DNA of 64,000 bases from Cetorhinus maximus (Eukaryota), in NCBI RefSeq assembly GCF_964194155.1, contig NC_135886.1, positions 12,400,001 to 12,464,000 on the forward strand, written 5' to 3'. The notes beneath the pieces are model-generated. The model saw only the letters and a list, made by a program, of their open reading frames with translations, searched no databases and was not told where the DNA came from. Every line of letters begins with the position of its first letter. Within the stretch, counting starts at the first letter, position 1. The translations under genes and the position numbers were made by a program. This document shows, piece after piece, positions 1 through 13,100 of the stretch.

Positions 1-122
1 CAGGGCTATGGGCCGGGTGCAGGAAGGTGGGATTAGAAAGGGCACCTGGGTGTCCTTGGGCTGGCATGGACAAGTTGGGCCAAATGGCCTCCTTCTGTGC
101 TGTAACTTTTCTATGGTTCTAT
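1..122 (+). mobile_element. CR1 LINE 3' end
   Basis: TGGGCCAAATGGCCTCCTTCTGTGCTGTAAC followed by a TTCTAT-type short-repeat tail, the same as other CR1 ends in the window. Confidence 0.8.
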
Positions 123-644
123 TATTAAAATACAGAATGCTCAGAATATTTTGCAATGAGCAAGTAAACCACCATTTAAAAGGGAGTGGAGAGATGATTT
201 TTTAAAAAAGATTAGAATCTATAGATTATAAAAGGTTCCAGTAATGGGGTTAATGTAGACTGCACCAGTTTTAGAGCTACCATCCATATGACCTCATTTT
301 ATTCTATAATTTCTGATTCTGCAGAAAATGTCACAGTTCCTACAGTGAAAATTGTTTAAAATAAAATTTAGAAAAGTTTCTCTCCTGATTATCAACAATA
401 AACCCCCCAAAAACCTGCTTTCATTCACCCACAAGTCTCGTAGAAATTATTTTCTAATTTTTGCTGTTCATCCTGCGTCAATTTTTCAGCAGCTTTTCAC
501 TTAGTATATATATTTTTTTAATATTTCCTGATATAGTATTCACACTGGTTTTCAATTTACAATTTTTAACAATTTAGATCTAGCATTCAATACTGACCCT
601 CCCTTGTTGTATCCTTGTATTCTTAACGTTAATCATTCTGTTTA

Positions 645-1080
645 AAAAAGGAACCTGCATTTATATAGCACCTATCATGGCCTGAGGACATCCGAATGAA
701 CTTTACAGCCAATAACATAATTTAGAAGTGCAGTTGTTTTTGTTATCTAGCGCATAAAGGCATAGCAAGCGCCCACAAATAGTAATGAGATAAATGTTCA
801 GATCATTCGCCTTGTGTTGGTTGAGGGCTGAATCTTGACCAGGAGAACTCCCTTTCTCTTCTTCAAACAGTGCCTCGACATCTTTTACATCCACCTGAAA
901 GGACAGTTTGGACCTCGGTTTTAACATCTCTTCCAATAGATGGCATTTCTAACAGCACAACACTGCTTCAGTACTGCACTGGAGTATCTGCTATAGCTGG
1001 TGCTCGTCTCTGGAGAGGCTCTTGAACCGATGACCGTTAGGCCCAGAAGCAAGAGAGCTACCTACTGGGCCGTGGCTAAC
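645..1080 (-). mobile_element. tRNA-headed Deu-domain SINE (SacSINE1/AmnSINE1-like)
   Basis: Minus strand has a tRNA-like head (GGTTCAAG B-box), the core GTTAAAACCGAGGTCC...CAGGTGGATGTAAAAGAT...GAAGAAGAG..GGGAGTTCTCC and the tail GCTATATAAATGCAGGT. Family name from recalled consensus. Confidence 0.7.
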
Positions 1081-1339
1081 ATGAATGAATGATAGTCGGG
1101 TGAAATTCCAGAGGGATTGCAGCACTCAGCACCTGCTGTACTCCAGTACAATTTAGCACCTCTTAGGAGAGGAACAAAGAGAAATTTCGGACAGGGGAAA
1201 AATTCTCAAGAGAGATTTAGGCTGCATTAATGTCCATGAGTGCAACTTATATATTCAGCAAGGACATGCCACATTGACTCAATAGCACTAAAGAAGGTTA
1301 TCTGCCCTTTTACGTGATAACTCATGTAAATCATGGTGC

Positions 1340-1460
1340 ATTCCCTCAGTATTCTATTTGAGTGTCAACCTAGGTTACATGCTTAAGTCTCTTGGAGTGG
1401 AATTTCAACCCAAAAATTTCTGACTCAGAGGAAAGAATGCTACACAATGAACCAAGGCTA
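1340..1460 (-). mobile_element. Deu-SINE 5' head fragment
   Basis: Similar to the heads at 1000-1080 and 7440-7530. Confidence 0.5.
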
Positions 1461-1476
1461 ACACAATACACTTGAC

Positions 1477-1603
1477 CCAGTACACTTTCGACTTGAAACC
1501 TTAACTCTGTCTTTCTCTCCACAGATGCTGCCAGACCTGCTGAGTCTTTCCAGCAATTTTTGTTTTTGTTTCAGATTTCCAGCATCCGCAGTATTTTGCT
1601 TTT
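1477..1603 (+). mobile_element. Penelope-like terminal fragment with 14-bp TSD
   Basis: GAAACCTTAACTCTG...CAGATGCTGCCAGACCTGCTGAG...GTATTTTGCTTT flanked by ACAATACACTTGAC at 1463-1476 and 1604-1617. Confidence 0.8.
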
Positions 1604-1674
1604 ACAATACACTTGACGTTCTCGTCATGTCTCTACTTAATGAGGTCAGTTTGTGGATCCACCCCCGCAGCAGC

Positions 1675-1755
1675 TTCAGAGTTGTAGCGTTCTAGAGCTG
1701 TAGTATTCTAGAACTCTTATGTTCTAGGGCTGTAGTGATCTAGAGCTGTATTGTC
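1675..1755. repeat. 16-bp minisatellite, about 5 diverged copies
   Basis: TTCTAGAGCTGTAGTA-like units in tandem. Confidence 0.7.
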
Positions 1756-1890
1756 CTTCGACTACCTCCAATCCCATTCGTCTGATGAAGACAGCAGTGG
1801 GAATAGCTTCTCTCTTTTGAAAATCCTTTAAGGTCAGTGATGGAAGGTCTGTGTCTCTTGTGATAACTCTGCCTCTCTCTACCCCGGCAG

Positions 1891-2155
1891 GCTGTGAAAA
1901 GGTTCATGAAGCTGGAGTGTAAATGCCACGGTGTCAGCGGATCATGTACATTAAGGACTTGTTGGTTAGCAATGTCGGACTTTAGAAAGACCGGAGATTA
2001 CCTGCGGAAAAAATACAACCTGGCGATTCAGGTCACCATGAACCAGGATGGAACTGGTTTCACTGTCACCAACAAACATTCAGACAGGTTGATCAAAAAT
2101 GAGTTGGTGTACTTCGAAAACTCACCCGATTATTGCGTCCTGGACAAGGCAGCAG
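1891..2155 (+). CDS. wnt2b: Wnt2b penultimate coding exon
   Basis: Pyrimidine tract plus CAG acceptor ending at 1890. Reads [25 protein letters not shown]...[17 protein letters not shown](G), including the Wnt CKCHGxSGSC palmitoleoylation motif. Donor GTAAG at 2156. 265 bp, phase 1. CVLDKAAG matches recalled WNT2B rather than WNT2. Confidence 0.93.
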
Positions 2156-3144
2156 GTAAGACCCAGATTGTGTCACACGCGGTGGGAGCTGTCACAAGCT
2201 GCAGTCTTAGTGGCAGAGATCTCAAGATATGGACTAGAATTTTTTTTTTTTAACAGGGGAAAGGGTGGCACAAGTGGAGATGAATGCTCTGGAGGTGAAA
2301 AAATGCAGAATGGGTGACTGAGCAGATGTGGGAGAGCAGGGTCAGCTCAGGCTCAAACTGAGTTACTAGGGACACGGTCAGTGGGAAACTGGGGACCTTG
2401 CAGTTGGTGGAATCAGATAACTTGATGCTGAGATGGCTTTGGTTTCATCTGTGGATGATAAATAGGAGGACTTGGGAGAGTAAGGTATCATGGAGATGGA
2501 GGATGGTGACGGGGAAGCATGTGAAGGAGAATGGAGTTGTCAACGAACTGATGGAGAGGTCAAAAAGAGTCAGTGAGCTATGGTCAAAGTCATCTACAAT
2601 GTCCTTGGTGCGGTTGACCAAGGTGGTGTCTGCGTGTGAGTGTTTCAGAAATTAGACTAGAGAATTGGAAGGCTGGAAGAGCTGGATACTGTTGGATAGT
2701 AACAATGCATTCAAAGATCTTGAATTGTCATTTCAATAGATTACAGCTTGAGATAGCAGAAGGGTTTTGAGTGTACCATTACAGAAAAGTCTGTAATGGT
2801 CTTGCTAGATAGGCCGCTTCAAGTCCTTTTTCACTTTGCTCCTTCTACCTCGATCACATTGTCATGAATTTTGCAACCCTAAGTGGGGTCCGCTTGCAAC
2901 TTTCAGATGATTCCCTCCTCCCACTGGGCATATTGGCCTTCATGGTTACACCAGGTCCTGCTGAGACCTGGTAAGTGGGCAATCCCAGTGTAGGGAGTGC
3001 CTGCCTCTCCAACAGGCAGGAGAAAACAGGCAAAGCTTTGTTCACAGACAGAAGTCCTCAGCCAAGGCTAGAACCCAATGTGTCCAGGCCCAGAGCTATG
3101 TTCCAGACCTTCTACTGCTCTCCTGCCAGACTTGAGAAAAGAGA

Positions 3145-3310
3145 AAGAACTTGCATTCCTATAGCAACTTTCACATCCTTAGGACGTCCCTAAGCCTTTC
3201 ACAGCCAATGAAGTGTTATCACTGTTGCAATGTAGGGAAATGTAGACAAGTTGGGTAAAGCAAGCTCCCAGCAACAGCAATGTGATAATGAGCAGGTAAT
3301 CTGTTTTTTA
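3145..3310 (-). mobile_element. Deu-SINE 3' fragment
   Basis: ACTTGCATT..TATAGC...ACAGCCAATGAAGT...CAAGCTCCCA..AACAGCAATGTGATAATGA matches other copies. Confidence 0.65.
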
Positions 3311-3314
3311 ATAT

Positions 3315-3860
3315 TGCCAAAAAGAGAGACATGTTGTTGAAGCTTTTCATCTTGCACTTATCAGGACAAACACAATAATGCCAAATTTCAAACAATCACA
3401 ACAATTTGTACTACAGGAGAAAAGGATGTTGATTGGTTGCCAAGCTGACTCTGATTGGCTGAGGTGTTGCCATGGAGGAAGCAATGGTGAACTATAGGCT
3501 CCCCAAGATCCCGCATAATTGATAAAAGGTGCAGACTTGAACATATTCCTTTTGTTTGCAGAGAATTGGTCTGAGCATATGAATGTATGTTGCTTCTAGC
3601 AACTATAAATGAGCCACATTATGATCTCAACTGATTATCTTAAATTGGTTGTTAGTGTAGCTATTAGCACACTCAGGATTGTTCAGCAAGTTCTGCACAA
3701 TCACAGAATCACATCTAACAGTAAGCATTTTGTTTTGGGGTTTGTAAGCACGGGCTGGTTGATTATGGTCTGTACTCTGCCTATTATGAACATGATGTTG
3801 TTCATTGAAAGGTGAATATTGTCCAAGACCTCAACAAATTATAGCAGTTGTCCGCCACAA
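3315..3860 (-). mobile_element. Penelope-like element family 2, GIY-YIG C-terminal remnant plus 3' end
   Basis: Minus strand translates to CDSVIVQNLLNNPECANSYTNNQFKIIS*DHNVAHL*LLEATYIHMLRPILCKQKEYV, typical of the PLE endonuclease C-terminus. In-frame stops present. Confidence 0.75.
3335..3368 (-). ncRNA. Degenerate minimal hammerhead ribozyme motif (PLE family 2)
   Basis: UGUC-CUGAUAA-GUGCAAGAU-GAAA-AGCUUC-AACA: core one transition from CUGAUGA, palindromic helix III AAGCUU, UUC cleavage triplet. Confidence 0.55.
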
Positions 3861-4194
3861 ATGGCCACACATTTTTAAGCGTGATTATTTCTTGACACCA
3901 TTTGAACTGCCAACTTCAGTATATATTCTCACTTGACTAATTAATACAGGTTGATAGTTACAATTAGTCAACAACTCCGTTTTCATTGTATCATGTGACT
4001 ACCAGTATGGAGAAGAACTCGATGGATCTTGATCCTCCAGCACCAGCAACTTTTATTTATTCATGAAATGTGGGTGTCACTGGCAAGGCCAGCATTTATT
4101 GCCCATCTCTATGCAACCTACATGACAACCCTATTACCCAATGGGTAAAAAAAGAATTCCCCAGTGATTTTCCCTTTAACTTCTTAATCTTTAA

Positions 4195-4860
4195 TCAAAC
4201 CAGAAATGTTGGAAATACTCAGCAGGTCTGGCAGCAGCTGTGGAGAGAGAAAACAGCTAATGTTTCAGGTCGGCAACCTTTTTCTAAAATCAGAACTGGA
4301 ATAGGTTTAACTGTTTTTAAGCAAACAAAGAGCCAGAGAAGAGTGGGGATGGGGGTTTGGTGATGGGGGGAAAGAACGAAAAGGAGAGCTCTGTGTTAAG
4401 GTGGAGAGCAGGAGAGAGTAAATGACAAAAAGGATGATGGTGCATTAAGGCAAAGAGGATAATGAGACAAGTAAAGAAACAAAAGTTAGGTCCAGAGGAG
4501 GTGTAAGTGGTTACAACAGGATAGCAAGGGGTGAGGGGTGGCCTTGGAGGGGGAGGGTTGGTGCGCAATCTGGTAAAGAGAAGGTTCCCATGAAACAGGA
4601 ATACAGGAACATGATGGAAGCAAGGTTGGTGGAGCTTGGGGCTGTAGAGTACATGTTGGCCGTGTATCATTGGGGGCTTCCATCCCAAGCTCCAGCCCAC
4701 ACTTTCCCCACTCCCAATTGCTCTGGTACTGCCGGCACCTTCTGCCCAAGAAAATGGGAGTGGTGGTTATGATCTGGGATCTAAGTTGTGAACAGTCAGA
4801 GCCCATGTTCTAGAGGACAGAGTAAAATAGCCAGAAACTTTACCACCAACTCCAATTCAA
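4195..4860 (-). mobile_element. Penelope-like element family 1, 3' remnant
   Basis: GGAAATACTCAGCAGGTCTGGCAGCA...GTTTCAGGTC terminal block plus purine-rich body similar to 44200-44700. Confidence 0.65.
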
Positions 4861-4889
4861 CGATCAGTCACCTGAATAGAAGAGAATAA

Positions 4890-5430
4890 AATTATAGAAC
4901 GTTACAGCATAGAAAGAGGTCATTCAACTCATCATGGGTCTTGCCAGCTCTCTGTAAGAGCTACTCAGCTAGTCCCACTCCCCTGCCTTTACCTTGCAGC
5001 CTTTCAATTATTTTCTGTTTATTTTATTCCCTTTTGAAAGCCACAATTGACCCTGCCTCCACCACATTCCCAAGTAACATATTCCAGATCCTAACCACTC
5101 ACTGCATAAAAAAGTTTTTCTTCATGTTGCTTTTATGGAACATCTTAAATTGGTGCCCTCTGGCTCTCAGCCCTTCCACCAACGGAACAGCTTCTCCCTA
5201 TCCACTCTGTCCAGATCCCTCACGATTTTGAACACCTCTATCAAACCTCCTCTCTATCCTTCTCTATTCCAAGGAGAACAGTCCAAGCTTCTCCATTCTA
5301 TCCACGTAACTAAAGCCTCTCATCCCGGGACCCATTCCGGTAAATGTTTTCTGCAGCTTCTCCAATTCTTTCTCATCCTCCCCGAAGTGTGGTGCCAAGA
5401 ATTAGACACAATACTTCAACTGAGGCTGAC
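4890..5430 (-). mobile_element. CR1 LINE 3' fragment
   Basis: Reverse complement of the RT C-terminal region (QLKYCV...; LFSLE) and 3' UTR. Confidence 0.75.
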
Positions 5431-6104
5431 CCAATGTATAAAATAAAATAAATAATATAAAATGGGCGGAATCCATTAAGCATCTGTGCAGGGACTGTCT
5501 GGACTGAACACAGGCGTCTAACGAGTGCTCTTCTTTGATTGGGATAATCTGGGTAAATTGGTGGTGGAGGGAGTTGAATGGAATTCCTCTGGTTCCAACA
5601 TGATCACATCTAATCATCCTGAAAATTAAAATTCTCAGAAAACGTTGAAAGTAATTTAGAAAACAGCACAACTGCTGCTGTAAATTAAATACACCTCCTT
5701 TTCTCTCTGTCCAAATATAAGATTAACTGAATTTCCCAATGCATGCAGCATGATTACATTCCCGTGGCAAGATAGGACGTGTTACACAATGACAATGACC
5801 TTGCAGCTGCTCTGATACGTCTCCAGGACCTTAATAAATCCTAGCAACATACCATAGCAACAGTGTATGGCAGATCCCATCATTGAACTCTGTCAACTTA
5901 AGCTCCCCTTCCACAGAGGCTAAACAGAACTTGCAACAAGACAATCTTATGGGAGTCACTTTAAATCATTCACCTGAAACCGAAGAATTAAAAGCATTTT
6001 GTTGAATCAAGGAGCCCGACCCCTGCCACTCAATGTGAAGGGCCAAGGCAAGATGTCAGTCAGCAAGGCTGAAAGGATTGCTGACTGGCTGGCACTAAGT
6101 TTGG

Positions 6105-6300
6105 GCATGTCAGTGGTTGGCATTCTCACTTATGAGCCAGAAGCTTCTTTGCTCGAGTCTTGAGCACATAACCTAAGCTCACACCCTAAGGGAATGCAGC
6201 ACTGTCAGAGGTGCTGCCCATCAGTTCAGATATTAAACCAAGGCCACATCCACCCTCTTAGGTGGACGTAAAAGATCCCACGTCACTATTTTGAAGAGTG
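6105..6300 (+). mobile_element. Deu-SINE fragment
   Basis: TTAAACCAAGGCC...AGGTGGACGTAAAAGATCCC...CACTATTTTGAAGA core. Confidence 0.65.
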
Positions 6301-6589
6301 ACAAGTCACTGCACATTCAATGGGTCTGACCCACATTTAACCCTTTTTGAACAGGTCGTGAGTACTGAAGCTGGGATTGGTTTTGAATGCTAGTCGTAGG
6401 AATTGCAGCACAGAGGAGCTACCCACCCTGGCAAACGCTCCCCCCACACTCCCCATCCCCCCCAACCCCCTTTATGTTTCCAGTACTAATCCTGAGTGGG
6501 TGCTCATTTGTTACTAAATCACAAACCATTGTGAATAACCTTTCCGGATTATTAGTGTAATTCACCTCACGCATCAAAAAATGCATGTT

Positions 6590-6930
6590 TAAGAGAGATT
6601 TTGGTAGAGTAAATAGGAAGAAACTGCCTCCATTGGCTGGTGGGTCAGTAACAAGAGGGCACAGATTTAAGGTAATTAGCAAAAGAACAAGAGGGGAGAT
6701 GAGGAGAATTTTTTATTGAGCAAGTTATGATCTAGGACGCTCTGCCTGAAAGAGCGGTGAAAGCAGATTCATTAATAACTTTCAAAAGGGAATAAGATAA
6801 ATATTTGAAAAGGAAAATAATTACCGGGCTATGGGACAGGAGCGGAGGAATGAACCTAATGGGGTAGGTCTTTCAAAGAGCTAGCACAGGTACAAAAGGC
6901 CAAGTGGTCTCCTTCTGTGGTGTATGATAT
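6590..6930 (+). mobile_element. CR1 LINE 3' fragment
   Basis: ACAAGAGGGCACAGATTTAAGGT...GGCCAAGTGGTCTCCTTCTGTG. Confidence 0.7.
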
Positions 6931-7154
6931 AAGGAATAATGTATCCAGCCTCTCAAACCCTTGCATAATTTTGAACATTCCTCTTAAGATTCATCCTTAG
7001 CTTTGTCTATTCCTAACACAAACACCAGTTTCTGAAATTTCCCATTATAAAATTATTGTCACATCCCTGGTATTAGCCCAATGAATACCTAATGATCTTT
7101 CCTATGGATCAAATATCATTTCTAAAATGGAATAAAAGACTACCCAGCATCTCA

Positions 7155-7530
7155 ACACACTTTACAGCCAATGAGGCACGTTTGAAATGTTGTAATGTAG
7201 AAAATGCTGCGGCCAATTTTGCACATAGCAAGTTCCCACAATCAGGAATGTGATAATGGCCAGATAATCTGTTCTTTTGCAATGTTGATTGAGGGATAAC
7301 TATTGGGAAAACTCCCCTACTCTTCTTCAAAATAGTTCCATGGAATCTTTTGCATCCACCCAAGCAGCCAAATTTGATCCGAAAGACGACTGCATCTTGC
7401 AGTGCAGCACATCCGCACTCCCTGCACTAGAGCGTCAGCTTTGATTTTTGTGCACAACCCCTGGTGTGGGATTTAAACCTGAAACCTTGTGGCTCAGAGG
7501 CGAGAGTGTTGCCAACTGAGCCAAAGCTGC
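7155..7530 (-). mobile_element. Deu-SINE, near full length
   Basis: Head TGGCTCAGTTGGCAACACTC (A-box) plus core, as at 645-1080. Confidence 0.7.
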
Positions 7531-9144
7531 ACACACTGCTCTAAGTGTGGCCTCACCACAAGTTTTTATTCACTTTTGTATTTCGCGCCCTTGCCATACA
7601 TCAGGATGTTAGGATAGTTTCTTTTCAATAGAATTAATTAGGGAAAAAAGTTGAATTATTTTTAAATGCTTGGTTTTTAAAGGAAAGTGTATACATACAA
7701 TTTTAAGGAAGACACAGCGATGTTAACCAACAATGGTTAAAATATTAATGAGCTGAGCCTCGATGTTGTTTCACCTTAGAAGATATTAGTTGCTTATTAG
7801 CCTGTCTGAACAATTGCTAAAAACCTCACGGCCATCCTTCTTGGAGGTCTCTGGTCCCTCCTGGCTATGAGCAGAGAGATATAAAGACACAGAAAAATCA
7901 GTCAGATTTTAAAGTGAAAAGCTGCAAGGGAAAACTTAGGCTAGACTTGGAAGGAGAATTTAGGAAGTTAACTAGGAGTCATTTTGTTTGTTAAGTAAGG
8001 CTGATGTGAGGCAATGTGGTATAATCATTTTTTCCTATTATTACGCAAAGTCAAGTTGTAGTGATTGAATTTAGTAAATTTGATGATGATTATTGTACGC
8101 CATTTTAACTTGCTGAGAAATAAAACCATGTAATAATTCATATCTGGTACGTTTACTAAGGGCTTTCTCAATCCACTCCACCCTTTTATTAGATTGAAGA
8201 AGTACATTTGCAAAAGGCATAAATATCCAGCTAAGTTCATGAGGAGGTAATATTTTTACTACCTCTGTATTACGCTACCTTGTAGTTGGAAATTGGGAAG
8301 GATGATCACATCCCTAAATGTAAGGCTTTCGGGTGGATTACGGAAGTATCTGTCCCAAATGAATAACCAAGAAAATACTTAAATCTTTAGCAGCAGCTAG
8401 ATATAAAACCTAGAAACTGCACAACAAGGTAGTGAATATGCACCCCAAGATCAGTGTATCTGCATCCCCTACATCAGTGTATCTGCAAGCTAGATCAGTA
8501 TATCTACACCCTCTAGAGCAGACAACGTGCACCCGCTAGATCAGTGAATCTGCACCCCCTAGATCAGTGTGCCTGCACCCCTAGATCAGTGTTTCAGTAC
8601 CCCTATATCAGTATATCTGCACGACTAGATCAGTGTATCTGCACCCCAAATCAATGTATCTGCATCCCAAGATCAGGTTTTCCACACCCCTAGATCAGAG
8701 TATCTGCATTCCTAGATGAGTGAATCTGCATTCCTAGATCATTGTGTCTGCATTCCTAGGTCAGTGTATCTGCATTCAACTGCCAGTGTATCTGCCCTAC
8801 CAGATCAGGATATCTGAAATCATAGATCAGTGTATCTGCACCCCTGGATTAGTTTATCTGCATTCCTAGATTAGTGTATCTGCATTCCTGGATGAGTTTA
8901 TCTGCATTCCTGTATCAGTCTATCAACATCCACTAGATCTGTGTGTCTGCACCTCCTAGATCAGTGTATCTGCATTCCTAGATCAGTGTATCTCTACTCC
9001 TATACCACTGTATCTGCATTCCAAGATCAGTGTATCTGCAGCTCCTAGATCAGCGTATCTTCACCCATAGAAATACAGCTGCATTGAGGATCAGTGTATC
9101 TGCACTCATTGCTCAGTGTATCTGCACCCCTATATCAGCGCACC

Positions 9145-10138
9145 TTCACTCCAAGATAATGTACTTGCATAAGCACAGCATAAGCAGCAAGTGACAGACA
9201 AAGCTAAACAACCCCACAGCCAACAGATTAGATCTAAGCTCTGCAGTCCTTCCGCATCCAACCGTGAATGGTGGTAGACAATTAAACAACTCATTGGAGG
9301 AGGAGGATCAATGATGGGGGAGCCCAGCACATCAGTGCAAAGGATAAGACTGAAGCATTTGCTACAATCTTCAACCAGAAGTGCTGAGTGGATGATCCAT
9401 CTCAGCCTCCTTCAGAGATCCCAGGTATCACACATTCCAGTATTCAGCCAATTCAATTCACTCCACACAATATCAAGAAATGGCTGGAGGCACTGAATAG
9501 TGCAAAGGCTATTGGACCTGACAATCTTCCAGCAATAGGACTGAAGACTTGTGCTCCAGAACTTGCCACGCCCCTAACCAAGCTGTTCCAGTACAGCTAC
9601 AACACTGTCATCTACCCAGCAATGTTTAAAAATTGCCCAGGTATGTCCTGTACACAAAAAGCAGGACAAATCCAACCCAGCCAATTACGGCCCCGTTAGT
9701 CTACTCTCGATCATCAGTAAAATAATGGAAGGGGTCATCAACAGTACTATCAAACAGGACTTGCTTAGCAATAACCCGCTCACTGACGCTCAGTTTGGGT
9801 TCCGCCATGGCCACTCAGCTCCTGACCTCATTACAGCCTTGGGTCAAAAATGGACAAAAGAGCAGAACTCCAGAGGTGAGGTGAGAGTGACTGCCCTTGA
9901 CATCACGGCAACATTTGACCGAGTGTGGTATCATGGAGCCCTAGCAAAATTGGAGTCAATGGGAATCAGGGGGCAAACTCTCCGGAGGTTGGAGTCATAA
10001 CTAGCACAAAGGAACCTACACCACATGGACTGCAGCAGTTCAAGAAGGCAGCTCACAACCATCTTCTCAAGGGCAACTAGGGTTGGGCAATAAATGCTGG
10101 CCCAGCCAGCGAAGCCCACATCCTGTGAATGAATTTTA
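9145..10138 (+). mobile_element. CR1-group LINE family B, 5'-truncated and internally deleted
   Basis: KAIGPDNLPAIGLKTCAPELATPL...QFGFRHGHSAPDL...ALDITATFDRVW RT motifs; 3' end GGGCAATAAATGCTGGCCCAGCCAGCGAAGCCCACATCC.TGAATGAA. Confidence 0.85.
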
Positions 10139-13100
10139 AAGTTTCTAGATCATTCCATCTGCATTCCTAGACCAGTGTAACTGAATTCCTGAATCAATGT
10201 ATCTATACCCCCTAGATAAGTGTATCTGCTGCCATAAACCAGTGTATCGACACACCCTAGATCAGTGTACCTCCACTCCTGAGATCACTGTATCTCCACT
10301 CATAGAGTGTATCCTCACGCATACACCAGTGTATCTGCACTCTTAGATCAGCATATCTTCACCCCTAGAAATGTATCTGCATTCCAAAATCAGTGTATAT
10401 GTATTCATGGGCCAATGGCTCTGTACAGGTAGATCAGTGTATTTGCACCTGCTAGGTCACTATATCTGAATTCATAGATCAGTGTATCTACACCCCATAG
10501 ATCAGTTTACCTGCACCCACAAGATCAGTGTATCTCTACCTCCTATATCAGCATATCTGCATTCTGGGATCTGTGTATCTGCACACCCTAGATCAGTGTT
10601 TCTGCATGCCTTAGATCATGTTTCAGCATGCCCTAGCTCAGTGTATCTTCAACCTCTACATTAGTGACTCTACACCCCTAGATCAGTGTATCAGCATTCC
10701 TAGATCAGTGTATCTGCATTCATAGAGCACTATATCTTCACTCCCTTGATCAGTGTATCTGCACCCTCTTGATCATTGTATATGCAACCCTTTTGATCAG
10801 TATAACTGCAGCCTCTAGAAAAGTGTATCTGCACCCCCTAGATCAGTGTATCTGCACTCTTTAGATTAGTGTATCTGTATTCCTTTATCAATATATTTGC
10901 AACCCGGATAAGTGTATTTACACCCCAGATCAATGTATCAGCATTCCTAGGTCAGTGTATCTGCATTCCTAGGTCAATGTTTCTTCATCCAAGGTTACTG
11001 TATCTGCATTCCAAGGTCAGTGTATATCAATGTATCTGCACCTCTAAATCAGTATATATGCATTTCAAATCATTGTATCTGCACCCTAACATCAGTGTAT
11101 CTGCATTCCAAGGTCAGTATATCTGCATTGCAAGATCAGTGTATCTCAGTGTATCTGCATTCCTAGACCAGTGTATCTGCACCCTGTAGATAAATGTGTT
11201 TGAACCCCCTAGATCACTGCATCTACTCCAACTAGATCAGTACATCTGCTCCCCCTAGATCAGCATATCTGCACCCCCTAGTTGAGTGTATCTGCATGCC
11301 CTAGATCTGTGTATCTTCACTCACAACATCAATGTAGCTAGGTTCCTAGATCAGTGTATCTGAACTCCCTTGATCAATCTATCTGACCACCAAGATCAGT
11401 GTGTCTCCACCCCTACATCAATGTATCTGCATTCCAGGATCAGTGTTTCCTCATTCCTTGATCAATGTATCTGCATTCCTCAATCAGTGGATCTGCACAT
11501 CTAGATCAGTGTTTCTACATTCCCAGATCTATGTATCTGTAGCCCCTATGAGTGTATCTGCATTCCTAGATCAGTTACAACTGCACCCCTTCATAAGTGT
11601 ATCTGCATTCCTGGATCATTGTATCTGAATTCCCAGATCATTATACCTGCATTCCTAGATCAGTGTATTTGTACCCATACACCACTGTATCTGCATTCCA
11701 AGGTCAGTGTATCCACACCTCCTAGATCAGTGTATCTGCATTCCTAGATCACTGTATCTGCAATCCTAGATTAGTGTATCTGCTCCCTCTAGATCAGTGT
11801 TTCCTCATTCCTCAATCAATGTATCTGCATTCCTCGATCAGTGTATCTGCATTCCTGGATCAGTGTACCTGCAGCCCCTGTATGAGTGCATCTGCATTGC
11901 AAGATTGGTGTATTTGCATTCCTTGAACATTGTATCTGCATTCCTTGATGAGTGTATATGCAGACCGTAGATGAATGTATCTGCACCTCCTAAATTGGTT
12001 TACCTGCATTCCGAGATCAGTGAATCTGCACTGCCTAGATCAGCGTATCTGCATTCCTAGAATACAGTATCTGCACCCCCAGATCAGTGTATCTGCATCC
12101 TCTAGATTGGTTTATCTGCATTCCTGGGTCAGTGTATCTGCACCTGCTCGACCAGTGTATTTTAATTCCTGGATGAATGTATTTCACCCACTTGATCATT
12201 CTATCTGCACATCATAGATCAGTCTATCTTAACCTACCTCAATCAATGTATTTTCATTCCTAGAATATTGTATCTGCAGCCCTAGATGTATCTGCATCCC
12301 TGGATCAATGCATCTGCAGCCCCTATAAGAGTGTATCTGCATTCCTAGATCAATGCATCTGCATTACTACATCATTGTATCTGCATTCCTCAATCATTAT
12401 ACCAGCACCCCCAGATCAGTGTATCTGAATTCCTCAATCAGTGTATCTGCACACCTAGATCAGTGTATTTGCACATCCTAGATCAGTCTATCTTAACCCA
12501 ACTAGATCAGTGTATCTGCAGTCCTAGATTCAGTATATCAGCATTCATAAATGAGCGTATCTGCATTCCCAGCTCTGTATATCTGCATTCCCAGCTCTGT
12601 ATATCTGCATTCCCAGATCAGTAGATCTGCATTCTTAGATCAGTGTGTCTGCATTCCTAGATCAGTGTATCTGCATTCCTGGAATATTGTATCTGCATCT
12701 CCTAAATCAGTGTATCTGTATTCTGAGATCAGTGCTTCTGCACCCATAGATAATTGTATCTGCATTCCAAGATCAGTGAATCTGCATTGCTAGATCATTG
12801 TACCTGCAGTCCTAAATCATTGTATCCGCATACCTAGATCAGTGTATCTGCATTCCTAGATCAGTGCATCTGCATCCCATTGATCAGTGTATCTGCATCC
12901 CATAGATCAGTGCATCTGGACCCATAGATCAGTGTATCTGCTCCCCCTAGATCAGTGCACCTACACCCCCGACATCAGTGTATCTGTGCTCTAGATGAAT
13001 GTATCTGCATTCCTATATCAGTGTATCTGTATTCCTAGATTGGTGTATCTGCATTCCTAGGTCAGTATATCTGCATTCCTGCATCAGTGTATCTGCATCC

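Noticed and set aside
1770-1810. CTGATGA motif upstream of the wnt2b exon
   Set aside because: No properly placed helix II and GAAA-NUH; likely chance.
1894-2253. 119-aa ORF as a complete protein
   Set aside because: It is an internal exon; Wnt similarity stops at the GTAAG donor (2156) and the rest is intron read-through.
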